Positions 25,541-35,500 of a stretch of DNA of 38,979 nucleotides are shown one piece after another. How positions within the stretch are numbered: the stretch's first letter is position 1; every line of letters starts with the position of its first letter. The stretch lies in sequence record OZ035813.1; one strand, given 5' to 3'. This DNA is from Kayfunavirus LM33P1. The translations under genes were made by a program, and so were the position numbers. The notes beneath the pieces are model-generated. The model worked only from the letters and a program-made list of their open reading frames with translations, did no database searches and was not told the DNA's origin.

Positions 25541-25803
25541 CGACCTTTAAGGCCCTCTCTACAGAGGGTCCTACCTTAGAGACGTATAGTTCTACGGTGG
25601 GAACCAGCCTGAAGGTTGACTTCCCTGAGCTTTCAGATGTGACCGATTGGTCGCTGCTTGAGGTGACTACGCCTGATGGTGTTAGCTACTCCCGTAGAAC
25701 CAACAGTCTCTACTTCAAGGCCACCTCTGGCGTGGAAGGTCTGGTGATTGTTGGGTATGACGGGACGCCTGTGCGTTCCTTCAACGTATCTTTCACAAAC
25801 TAA
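24491..25803 (+). CDS. minor capsid protein gp10B, predicted product of a -1 programmed frameshift near the end of gp10A
   Basis: slippery heptamer G GTT TTC at 25513-25519, identical to the T7 site; the -1 frame stays open from 25519 to 25803. Confidence 0.5.
25513..25519 (+). promoter_or_regulatory. -1 ribosomal frameshift slippery site (G GTT TTC)
   Basis: heptamer in the gp10A reading frame 21 nt before its stop; identical to the T7 gene 10 frameshift site. Confidence 0.55.
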
Positions 25804-25806
25804 TTG

Positions 25807-25846
25807 AAACCCCTTGGGTGCCTTCGGGTGCTTGAGGGGTTTTTTT
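25807..25846 (+). terminator. T-phi-like terminator after the capsid gene
   Basis: 13-bp GC-rich stem CCCCTTGGGTGCC/GGGTGCTTGAGGGG with TTCG tetraloop followed by T7 run; resembles T7 Tphi. Confidence 0.85.
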
Positions 25847-25861
25847 GCTTAAGGAGGGACT

Positions 25862-25951
25862 ATGGTCCTTATTTACACAGGGTTAGCACTATTCGTCTTA
25901 TTCTGGGCGTACCTGCTGTCCAGCTCACCGTCTAGCGCCTATGACCGTTAA
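25862..25951 (+). CDS. small hydrophobic peptide
   Basis: 29-aa ORF with strong SD AAGGAGGG immediately after the capsid terminator. Confidence 0.3.
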   Translation: MVLIYTGLALFVLFWAYLLSSSPSSAYDR

Positions 25952-25962
25952 GGAGTAAACCT

Positions 25963-26529
25963 ATGGCTCAATACATTCCACTGAATGCTAACGATGACTT
26001 AGATGCCATCAACGATATGTTAGCAGCTATCGGTGAACCAGCAGTCCTACAGCTTGACGAAGGTAACGCTGACGTCTCGAACGCTCAACGTATCCTGCAT
26101 CGTGTCAATCGTCAGGTCCAAGCTAAAGGCTGGAACTTTAACATCAACGAAGCTGCTGTCCTGACGCCTGATGTCCAAGACAACAGGATTAGATTCCTGC
26201 CGTCTTACCTTCGGGTCATGACTGCTGGTGCTACCAGTTACTACAGCAACATGGGGGGCTATCTCTATGACCTGTCCACTCAGTCCACGACCTTCACTGG
26301 ACCAATTACAGTCGAACTGGTGGAGATGAAACCGTTCGCTGAGATGCCTGTAGTATTCCGTGACTACATCGTTACCAAGGCTAGCCGTGAGTTCAACGCT
26401 AAGTTCTTCGGTAGCCCAGAGTCTGAACTGTACCTTCGTGAGCAGGAAGCAGAACTCTATCAGCAGGTTATGGAATACGAGATGGACACTGGTCGCTACA
26501 ACATGATGTCTGACATTGGGAGGGACTAA
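25963..26529 (+). CDS. tail tubular protein A (gp11)
   Basis: 188 aa; INDMLAAIGEP, RILHRVNRQVQAKGWNFN, IVTKASREFNAKFFG, MEYEMD match T7 gp11. Confidence 0.9.
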   Translation: MAQYIPLNANDDLDAINDMLAAIGEPAVLQLDEGNADVSNAQRILHRVNRQVQAKGWNFNINEAAVLTPDVQDNRIRFLPSYLRVMTAGATSYYSNMGGYLYDLSTQSTTFTGPITVELVEMKPFAEMPVVFRDYIVTKASREFNAKFFGSPESELYLREQEAELYQQVMEYEMDTGRYNMMSDIGRD

Positions 26530-26756
26530 TGGCTAGTCACAACCTGAAGATTCACCGCCAGCACTTTGGTCCGGTACAGCTAGGTCTAAAGACAGCAGAG
26601 CTGAGACTTAACGACCGGGACTTTAAGGTTGGCGACTGGCTTATCCTGAATGAGTGGGACAACGGGTATACTGGACAACAGGTAGCACGTAAGGTTGTCC
26701 ACATTGCTGACGTTGGTGACATCGCTGAGGGATACGTCCTAATGAGTATGATTTAA
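26529..26756 (+). CDS. DUF3850/ASCH (PUA-like) family small protein
   Basis: 75 aa; pattern LKIH..HF.PV..GLKTAELRLNDRDFKVGDWLILNEW..GYTG......V..I......EGYVLM fits the DUF3850 signature as I recall it; sits between the tail tubular genes. Confidence 0.65.
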   Translation: MASHNLKIHRQHFGPVQLGLKTAELRLNDRDFKVGDWLILNEWDNGYTGQQVARKVVHIADVGDIAEGYVLMSMI

Positions 26757-26765
26757 GGAGGGCAT

Positions 26766-29123
26766 ATGCCGCTTATTACGCAAAGCATAAAAAATCTTAA
26801 GGGTGGCATTAGCCAACAGCCTGACATCCTGAGGTTCTCAGACCAAGGCGAGGCTCAAGTTAACTGCTGGTCATCCGAGAGTGATGGCCTCCAGAAGCGT
26901 CCACCTACAGTCTTCAAGCGACGTCTTAACATCGACGTTGGGAGCAACCCTAAGTTCCACCTGATTAACCGTGATGAGCAGGAGCAGTATTACATCGTGT
27001 TCAACGGGTCCAACATTCAGGTAGTCGACTTGAGCGGTAATCAATACTCAGTTTCAGGTGCGGTAGACTACGTTAAGTCGTCCAACCCGCGAGATGACAT
27101 CCGTGTCGTTACAGTTGCAGACTATACGTTCATCGTGAACCGTAAGGTTGTCGTTAACGGTGGAAGCGAGAAGTCACACTCTGGTTATAATCGTAAAGCT
27201 CGTGCTTTAATTAACCTGCGTGGTGGACAGTATGGTCGCACCCTTAAGGTAGGAATCAACGGAGGCGTTAAGGTTTCGCATAAGTTGCCAGCAGGTAATG
27301 ATGCCGAGAATGACCCTCCTAAGGTTGATGCTCAGGCTATCGGTGCAGCTCTGAGAGACCTTCTTGTTGCTGCTTACCCTACCTTCACGTTCGACCTTGG
27401 GTCTGGATTCCTGTTAATCACTGCCCCTTCAGGGACTGACATTAACTCAGTGGAGACGGAGGATGGCTACGCTAACCAGCTAATCAGCCCAGTACTCGAC
27501 ACGGTGCAAACAATCTCTAAGCTGCCTCTTGCAGCTCCAAATGGGTACATCATTAAGATTCAAGGTGAGACCAACAGTAGCGCCGATGAGTATTACGTGA
27601 TGTATGACTCCAACACTAAGACGTGGAAGGAGACAGTAGAGCCGGGAGTGGTCACTGGGTTCGATAACACCACAATGCCACATGCTCTGGTTAGACAATC
27701 TGACGGCTCCTTTGAGTTCAAGACTCTGGACTGGTCTAAGCGGGGTGCTGGTAATGATGACACAAACCCTATGCCTAGCTTCGTGGATGCTACGATTAAC
27801 GATGTGTTCTTCTACAGGAACAGGCTAGGGTTCTTGTCAGGAGAGAACGTAATCATGAGCCGTTCAGCCAGCTACTTTGCGTTCTTCCCTAAGAGTGTGG
27901 CGACATTGAGTGATGATGACCCTATTGACGTAGCTGTAAGTCACCCTAGAATCTCAATACTTAAGTATGCCGTTCCGTTTAGCGAGCAGCTACTACTTTG
28001 GTCAGATGAGGTGCAGTTCGTGATGACAAGCTCGGGGGTCCTTACCTCGAAGTCTATCCAGCTTGATGTAGGCTCAGAGTTTGCCTTAGGAGATAACGCC
28101 AGACCGTTCGCTGTAGGACGCTCAGTCTTCTTCTCAGCGCCTCGTGGATCATTCACCAGTATTAAGCGATACTTCGCTGTAGCAGATGTGTCTGACGTGA
28201 AGGATGCCGATGATACCACTGGTCACGTACTGTCCTATATCCCTAACGGGGTGTTTGACATTCAAGGTACAGGGACTGAGAACTACATCTGCGTCAACTC
28301 CACAGGTGCATACAACCGAATCTACATCTACAAGTTCTTGTTTAAGGACGGCGTACAACTTCAAGCCTCTTGGTCGCACTGGGAGTTCCCTAAAGCTGAT
28401 AAGATTCTGGCGTCTGCGTCGATTGGCTCTACCATGTTCATTGTTCGTCAGCACCAATGGGGTGTGGACATTGAGCACCTTAAGTTCATCAAGGAGGCAA
28501 CCGACTTTCCATTAGAGCCGTATAGACTCCACGTTGACTCTAAGGTGTCTATGGTAATCCCAATTGGCTCATATAACGCTGACACCTATGAGACTACGGT
28601 CGACATTGGTTCTGCTTATGGTGGAAACGCTCCGTCTCCCGGTCGGTACTATCTGATTGACAGTCAGGGTGCCTATGTGGACCTTGGTGAACTGACCAAC
28701 ATCTCAACTGTGGCTATACTCAATGGCGATTGGTCGGGACGTACAGTGTTCATCGGACGGTCTTATCTGATGTCCTACAAGTTCTCACGGTTCCTGATTA
28801 AGATTGAAGACGATAGTGGCACTCAGTCTGAAGACACTGGACGTCTACAGCTTCGTAGGGCTTGGGTCAACTACAAGGACACTGGCGCTCTTAGACTCAT
28901 TGTCAGAAACGGTGAGCGGGAGTTCGTGAACACCTTTAATGGGTACACCCTTGGTCAGCAACCCATCGGGACTACCAACATTGGGGACGGTCAGTATCGC
29001 TTCGCTATGAATGGTAACGCATTAACCACGAGTCTAACCTTAGAGTCAGACTATCCTACCCCAGTGTCCATCGTTGGGTGTGGCTGGGAGGCGTCATACG
29101 CTAAGAAAGCTCGTTCCGTCTAA
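26766..29123 (+). CDS. tail tubular protein B (gp12)
   Basis: 785 aa; ITQSIKNLKGGISQQPDILR, RNRLGFLSGEN, ILKYAVPFSEQLLLWSDE, GRLQLRRAWVNY match T7 gp12. Confidence 0.95.
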   Translation: MPLITQSIKNLKGGISQQPDILRFSDQGEAQVNCWSSESDGLQKRPPTVFKRRLNIDVGSNPKFHLINRDEQEQYYIVFNGSNIQVVDLSGNQYSVSGAVDYVKSSNPRDDIRVVTVADYTFIVNRKVVVNGGSEKSHSGYNRKARALINLRGGQYGRTLKVGINGGVKVSHKLPAGNDAENDPPKVDAQAIGAALRDLLVAAYPTFTFDLGSGFLLITAPSGTDINSVETEDGYANQLISPVLDTVQTISKLPLAAPNGYIIKIQGETNSSADEYYVMYDSNTKTWKETVEPGVVTGFDNTTMPHALVRQSDGSFEFKTLDWSKRGAGNDDTNPMPSFVDATINDVFFYRNRLGFLSGENVIMSRSASYFAFFPKSVATLSDDDPIDVAVSHPRISILKYAVPFSEQLLLWSDEVQFVMTSSGVLTSKSIQLDVGSEFALGDNARPFAVGRSVFFSAPRGSFTSIKRYFAVADVSDVKDADDTTGHVLSYIPNGVFDIQGTGTENYICVNSTGAYNRIYIYKFLFKDGVQLQASWSHWEFPKADKILASASIGSTMFIVRQHQWGVDIEHLKFIKEATDFPLEPYRLHVDSKVSMVIPIGSYNADTYETTVDIGSAYGGNAPSPGRYYLIDSQGAYVDLGELTNISTVAILNGDWSGRTVFIGRSYLMSYKFSRFLIKIEDDSGTQSEDTGRLQLRRAWVNYKDTGALRLIVRNGEREFVNTFNGYTLGQQPIGTTNIGDGQYRFAMNGNALTTSLTLESDYPTPVSIVGCGWEASYAKKARSV

Positions 29124-29130
29124 CTTATTG

Positions 29131-29180
29131 AAGGGCCTATAGATTTACCTTAACTATCACTATAGGGACTATAGGCCCTT
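29131..29180 (+). repeat. 12-bp perfect inverted repeat bracketing the phi13-like promoter
   Basis: AAGGGCCTATAG at 29131-29142 and CTATAGGCCCTT at 29169-29180. Confidence 0.6.
29148..29170 (+). promoter_or_regulatory. phage RNAP promoter (phi13-like)
   Basis: CCTTAACTATCACTATAGGGACT; +1 at 29165; bracketed by a 12-bp inverted repeat. Confidence 0.75.
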
Positions 29181-29199
29181 AAGGTTATAAGGAGACTTT

Positions 29200-29670
29200 A
29201 TGTATATTCGCAAGGCTACGGAACAGGATGTCCACTACTTTCTGTGGCATCTTTCAGCAGATGATGTTAATGAGTGCAAAGCAAACTACGGGTCAACCGT
29301 GGGTCTCTCAGAGAGACTGCTTAAGCATCTATCTCCGTCATCTGTGGTTTTAACGAACGGTGTAGGTGAAGTGTTTGCCTATGGTGGAAACCAAGGGGAT
29401 AACGTATGGTTCTTGACTTCGGGTCTGGTCCACAAGCTGAGACCTAAAGAGAAGCGAGAGTTCATAAAGCGTATCTCTGAGTACAGGGACTTAATGTTAG
29501 ACCAATACGGGACCATCTGGAACTACGTGTGGTCAGGCAATAAGTCTCACATTAAATTCTTGAAGTTGCTTGGGGCTAAGTTCCATGATGATTGGACTAT
29601 CAGCCCGGTAACTGGTGAGCATTTTCAATTATTCACTATCTCTAAGGAGGACGTATGTGTGAACCCGTAA
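29200..29670 (+). CDS. hypothetical protein at gene 13 position (possible internal virion/assembly protein)
   Basis: 156-aa ORF downstream of a phage promoter and upstream of gp14; assignment by position only. Confidence 0.6.
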   Translation: MYIRKATEQDVHYFLWHLSADDVNECKANYGSTVGLSERLLKHLSPSSVVLTNGVGEVFAYGGNQGDNVWFLTSGLVHKLRPKEKREFIKRISEYRDLMLDQYGTIWNYVWSGNKSHIKFLKLLGAKFHDDWTISPVTGEHFQLFTISKEDVCVNP

Positions 29671-30242
29671 GTATCGGCATGGGTATCATGGCTGTAGCCG
29701 GGGCCACTATGTCCGCATCCCAGCAGGCAAAGGCCGAAGGTGCAGCAATTGACGCTCAGAACCGACAGGCTCAGGAAATGGTTAAGCAGATGAACTACTC
29801 TGACGCCAACCTGAGAATGCAGGAGCGAGACCTGAAGGAGCAGCAGATGGCTGAATTGACAGAGACCACGCTCAACGGTATACGCAATCAGGGCATGGTC
29901 AGAGCTGCAGTGGCTGAGTCAGGTCTGGAAGGTAACTCTATGGACAGGATTGAACGTCAGGTCAAAGGAGATACAGTCAAGGAGCGAGCAGGGATTACCG
30001 AAAGTTACAACCGAGACTATGCGGCTATCTTCGGGAACCGTATCGCCAACATTGAGAACACAAAGTCTGCTATCCGTGGTCAAGGTAAAATCATCAAGAC
30101 CAGCCCACTGGCCCATGCACTTAATGTTGCTAGCGCCGGGATGCAAGGTTACGCCGCTGGTAAGTCAATCTCTGGAGCGTCCAGCTCTGGCGGTGCTGCA
30201 CCTATTAGTGCTGCTAAAGGCACACCTACAGGTCATAGCTAA
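29655..30242 (+). CDS. internal virion protein B (gp14)
   Basis: 195 aa starting MC, with GNSMDRIER and NYRRDYAAIF resembling T7 gp14. Confidence 0.85.
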   Translation: MCEPVSIGMGIMAVAGATMSASQQAKAEGAAIDAQNRQAQEMVKQMNYSDANLRMQERDLKEQQMAELTETTLNGIRNQGMVRAAVAESGLEGNSMDRIERQVKGDTVKERAGITESYNRDYAAIFGNRIANIENTKSAIRGQGKIIKTSPLAHALNVASAGMQGYAAGKSISGASSSGGAAPISAAKGTPTGHS

Positions 30243-30253
30243 GAGGAGGAATA

Positions 30254-32536
30254 ATGGCTAGTAATATTGAATCAGCTCTGGCTAATCGGACTATGGGTCG
30301 TGGCAGGGCTCCGGGTAAAACTATCGCCGTCAACTATCAAGCAGCCAGCGTTCAGGCTCCTACTGGTGACTCCGGTCTGGCTCGTGCGTTAACCAACTTC
30401 GTTGAGTCTGGGACAGGATTGTACAAGCAGTTCAAGGACGAGGAGAAGACACGGGCCGACGAGCGGTCTAACGAGATTATCCGTAAACTGACACCTCAGC
30501 AAAGACGTGAGGCTATCCAGAACGGTACATTGCTGTATCAGGATGACCCTTACGCTATGGAAGCACTTCGAGTCAAGACGGGCCGTAACGCTGCCTTTGC
30601 GGTTGATGACGAGATTAACGTTAAGATTCAGAACGGTGAGTTCCGTACACGTCAGGACATGGAAGAGTATCGCCACCAGAGACTTCAGGACGCCGCTAAG
30701 TCCTATGCTGAAGAGGCTGGTATTAACCCTACCGACGAGTTCTTCCAGCGCGGGTTCAACGATAACATCACAGACCGAAACATCGCTATCTATGGGTCTT
30801 TCAATAAGTATTTCAGCAAGCAGTCTGAAGAGACAGCAATGTTGAACACTCGTATTGAGATGAACTCGTTCCTTAACGATGGGGACCTGATGCGTTCGCC
30901 TGAGTCTGGAAAGACCTTCATGGCCTACCTTCGGGATGGACTGACGACTGCTGCTATCCCTTCGGACCAGCGAGCACGAGAGGTAATCACCCAGACTGTC
31001 CGTGACGCAATCCAGAAGTCAGGAGGCTCAAACTTCCTACAGCAAGTCCGTGGCGAGCGTATCACCCTTAACGGTGTGGACGCTACAGTCGAAGAGATTG
31101 TAGGCCCTGACGTCTTCAATGCTGCTGTGGTTGAGGCTCAAGGTACCGAGTACAAGTTGGTGGCTAAGTATCAGGAAGACTTATCGTTAGGCGTTCAGTC
31201 TGCGATTCTTCAGGACGACCCAACCATCGGTCTGGACCAGATTCAGAAACTCAAGGAGCAGAACAACCTGCTTCAGCCGGGTGAAGAACTCACGCCTCAG
31301 CGTCAGATGCTTATTAATGCCGAAGCCAGCTTACTGGAAGCGGTCAAGCGTAAGTCCGCTGAACAGGCGAAGGAGAACACTAAGTTAATCCAGACCCAGA
31401 ACAAGCAACTAGTCATAGACCAAGTGTATCAGCGACGTCTGGCTGGGGACAACGTGTCCACCAACTATGAGGACCTTCCGGTCTCAGATGCTACAGGAGA
31501 GTTCAAACGTTCAGACATGAACAACTATGCGTCTGCCAAGCTACAGCAGATTGACCAGATGGACATCCCTGAGGCTGCTAAGGACGCCCAGAAGGTGGCA
31601 TTGTTAAGGGCTGACACTAACAACGGTCCGTTCCGTAATGCCTTCCAGACGCTTACTCAGGACGCTGCTGGTGAGTGGCAAGCTGCGGTCATCCGTGGAC
31701 AGTACGACCCAGACAAGATGAAACGCTTCGAGTCTCTTCGTCGTGCCTACACTCAGGACCCTTCAAGTTTCGCTGCTCTGTATCCTGACCAAGCTCAGTT
31801 GTTCTCTACGTTCGACCAGATGGACAAGATGGGTCTGGACCCTCAGACGATGATTGAAGCTGATAAGCAAGCTGCAAGTCAAAGCCGTGAGATGCGCATG
31901 GAGTCAGACAAGGCGTGGCAGGAGTTGAAGAACGACTCTCGGAATAAGGACCTTTCGCGTCTTCCTACGTCTCTGGACGCAAGTGCTCGTAAGGTCTGGG
32001 ACTCATGGTACTATCGTACAGGTAACGCTGACGCTGCAACTCAGCAGACTCAACGCTGGCTGAATGAGAACACCGTAACGTTCCAGTCTGATGGTTCTGA
32101 TGGTAAGTCCATCGGCATGGTGTCCAAGCACCAGCTTATGGTCGGGGATAACCCAGAGTCGTGGCAGGTGGGTCGAGACATTATCGACACCGCTCGTAAG
32201 CAGCTCATTAAGGACAACCCTTGGGTAGTGAACTCTCAGTTGTCCGTTGTTGAACAGAACGGCTCTATCTTCCTCCAAGACGCTACGGGGACTATTCGTA
32301 TTCGATACGATAAAGAACTTGTAGGTAAACTCTACCGCGAACAACAGCAGAAGGTACAAGATGCCGCATATGCTCAGGCAGAACGTGACGCTAACAAGCG
32401 AGCGCGTATCGTCGGGACTAAAGCTGCTGGTGACAAACGTCGAGCTGACCGAGAGGCCAACATCGAGAAGAGCGGTGGGATGTACAATGACGTCTCACTG
32501 GAGGGTATCGCAAACGTACTAATTGGTAAGGAGTAA
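30254..32536 (+). CDS. internal virion protein C (gp15)
   Basis: 760 aa, size and position of T7 gp15; assignment by gene order. Confidence 0.9.
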   Translation: MASNIESALANRTMGRGRAPGKTIAVNYQAASVQAPTGDSGLARALTNFVESGTGLYKQFKDEEKTRADERSNEIIRKLTPQQRREAIQNGTLLYQDDPYAMEALRVKTGRNAAFAVDDEINVKIQNGEFRTRQDMEEYRHQRLQDAAKSYAEEAGINPTDEFFQRGFNDNITDRNIAIYGSFNKYFSKQSEETAMLNTRIEMNSFLNDGDLMRSPESGKTFMAYLRDGLTTAAIPSDQRAREVITQTVRDAIQKSGGSNFLQQVRGERITLNGVDATVEEIVGPDVFNAAVVEAQGTEYKLVAKYQEDLSLGVQSAILQDDPTIGLDQIQKLKEQNNLLQPGEELTPQRQMLINAEASLLEAVKRKSAEQAKENTKLIQTQNKQLVIDQVYQRRLAGDNVSTNYEDLPVSDATGEFKRSDMNNYASAKLQQIDQMDIPEAAKDAQKVALLRADTNNGPFRNAFQTLTQDAAGEWQAAVIRGQYDPDKMKRFESLRRAYTQDPSSFAALYPDQAQLFSTFDQMDKMGLDPQTMIEADKQAASQSREMRMESDKAWQELKNDSRNKDLSRLPTSLDASARKVWDSWYYRTGNADAATQQTQRWLNENTVTFQSDGSDGKSIGMVSKHQLMVGDNPESWQVGRDIIDTARKQLIKDNPWVVNSQLSVVEQNGSIFLQDATGTIRIRYDKELVGKLYREQQQKVQDAAYAQAERDANKRARIVGTKAAGDKRRADREANIEKSGGMYNDVSLEGIANVLIGKE

Positions 32537-32540
32537 CATA

Positions 32541-35500
32541 ATGGCGACTCGTGGTATTCGCAATAACAATCCGGGTAACATCCGGGTAAGTAAGGACCAA
32601 TGGGAAGGGATGACTGGAGATGATGGCGCATTCGTCACCTTCGATAGTCCAGAGTCTGGCGTCCGAGCTTTAGGTAAAAACCTGCTGTCCTACGGTCGCC
32701 AAGGTTATGACTCCATCGAGAAGATTATCAACCGATGGGCACCTCCTAACGAGAACGACACTAAGGCTTATATTGACTCAGTGGTGGCTGCAACTGGTAT
32801 TCCAGCTACCCAGAGTCTAGACCTATCTGACCCTGACACCCTGTCTTCTCTGGCACAAGCTATCAGCTTCCATGAGACAGGATCACGGTACGACCCTGAA
32901 GTCTATCAGAAGGGAGTCGCACGGGCACTCAATGGCATTAGCCCAAAGACTCCACCAGTAAGCGCTAACGTATTTGACGCACTCACGGAAGGACTCAAGG
33001 CTAAACCTAAAGTAGATCTGGGCGAGAACCTTCCGACCGCTGCTGGTCTAAACATTGAGGGTCAAGCACCTGAAGCTCCCAACGAATCGTTCGGTGAGAT
33101 GTTCTATAAGTCTACTGGCGAGACCATGCAGGAACGAGAGGATCGCTCTACGTGGTTCGGTTTCGGCTCGGCTACAGAAGCTGAAGTGAAGAACTCTATG
33201 GTCGGCGTGGCTATCCGCGCTGGTCAGACCGAGGACTCACTTGATGTCATTGGCGATGTGTTTAACCCGACCCGCTGGAACAACCATAAGTGGTCTCGTG
33301 AGGAGCTGGACCAGATTCGTAACGCTGGAGTTCTTCCTCAGTATTACGGGGTCATTACTGGTGGCTCCCCTCAGAACCTGACCGAGCTTATTAACTTGGC
33401 GCTTGAGAATCAGAAGTTGGACCAAGAGAAGGCCAAGGCTGGGATTGGTGCTCAGTTAGCTGCTGGTGTGATTGGGGCTGGCGTGGACCCTCTGACCTAC
33501 GTTCCTATTGCTGGGCAGGTAGGCAAAGGTGGGAAGCTAGTCAACAAGATGTTCACTGTGGCAGCTCAGTCTGGTGCTCTGGCTGGTGTGTCTGAGATGG
33601 CCCGTACCTCAGTGGCTGGTGGTGATGCTCATGTGGCTGAAGCTATCCTTGGCGGTGCTCTCTTCGGTGGTGGCATGACTGCTATCGCTGATGGGTTAGG
33701 CAGAGCCTTAGGCCGCAACACTAATGAGTTTGCTGGCCCAGCTACACGTCTGGAAGCTCGTGAGACCGCTCGTAACGTTGATGGTCAGGACCTGTCTCGT
33801 CTTCCTATTCAGGAAGGTGAGCAGACCTTTAGTCATCAAGGTGTTAAGTTCGCAGACGTTCCGAACGAGCCGGGTAGTGTACGACTGGAAGATGGTTCAA
33901 TCCTGATTGGTGAGAATCCTCTGAACCCTCAGACACGTAAAGTCTTTGACGAAGTGATTGAGCCTGAACGTGCCGCTGCTGGTGTGAACCTTGGTGGGCT
34001 GACTGAGATTGGCCTGAAGCTGCTTCGGTCCGAGAACCCTGAGATTCGTGGAGTAGCTGCTGACTTAGTACGTTCACCGACTGGTATGCAGTCTGGGGCC
34101 TCAGGTAAAATAGGGACAACTGCGTCAGACGTATTCGAGAGACTTCGTGCTGTGGACCATCGGTTCTACAATGACATCGACGATGCGGTTACTGAGGCAC
34201 TAAAGGACCCGTACTTCCAGACAGCATTCTGGCGAGACTCTGGCGCATTCCGTCAAGACATCTATCAGCGCGTGTCTATGGCTATCGAAGATGGTAGCGG
34301 AAACCTGAAGGCTGAATTGACTCCGGGAGAACTGAAAGTCTATGACCTGCTGAAGAACCAGTTTGACGCCAAGCGTGAGATGATGGAGAACCCCGCTATG
34401 TTTGGTCGCCCAGACGCTCAGTCTATCTTTCCGGGTAGCCGCTTCAAGGGAACATACGTCCCGCATGTGTATAGCAACCAGATGAAGGAGCTGTACATCA
34501 AGGAGCTTGGGAGTCCAGAGGCACTACAGGAGGCCATCAAGAAGTCATGGTTGACCAGCTATGCGTCTCGACCTGAAGTCAAGAAACGTGTGGACGAGGC
34601 ACTCTTAGAGGCTGACCCTACGTTGACTCCAGAAGGACTTGCGGCTGCGGTCGATAAGTACGCCAACGATAAGGCTTATGGTATCTCTCACACCGAGCAG
34701 TTCGAGCGTTCATCCGTAATGGAAGAGAACATCAATGGTCTGGTGGGTCTGGAGAACAACAGCTTCCTTGAGGCTCGTAACCTGTTCGATAGCGATATGT
34801 CAATCGTCCTACCTAACGGTCAGACCTTCAGTGTCAACAACCTGCGTGAGTGGGACATGGACAAGATTGTCCCGGCCTACAACCGTCGAGTTAATGGCGA
34901 TATTGCTATCATGGCTGGTACAGGCAAGACCACGAAGGACATGAAGGACTTGGTTGAGACCCTGATGAACAAGGCTGGGGATGACGGTAAGTTGAAAGGT
35001 GAAGTATCTACCTTACGTGACACTTTGAAGATTCTAACTGGTCGTGCTCGACGTGATGGTGCTGATGATGCGGCCTTCGCTACCGTGATGCGCACAATGA
35101 CAGACCTATCGTTCTTCGCTAAGAATGCCTACATGGGTGTTCAGAACTTAACGGAGATTGGTGGTATGCTGGCTCGTGGTAACGTTCGTGCAATGCTTCA
35201 TGGAGTCCCAATTTTCCGTGACCTAGCCTTCCGTAACAAGAAGGTTGGGGCCTCAGAGATTAAGGACCTGCACAATGTTATCTTCGGTAAGGAACTGGAT
35301 GACTCAATCCGTCCGTCTAAACAGGATGTCATTGACCGTCTGCGATCTTACAGTGACCTCGGTCGTGGTACAGCTACAGCTCTGGGGACTGCCAAGTATT
35401 ACACTGGCGAACTTGCAGTACGCTCTCCGTTCACTAAAGTCCTCAACGGTACGACCAACTACCTGTTAGATGCTGGACGTCAGGGCTTCCTGTCTGACAT

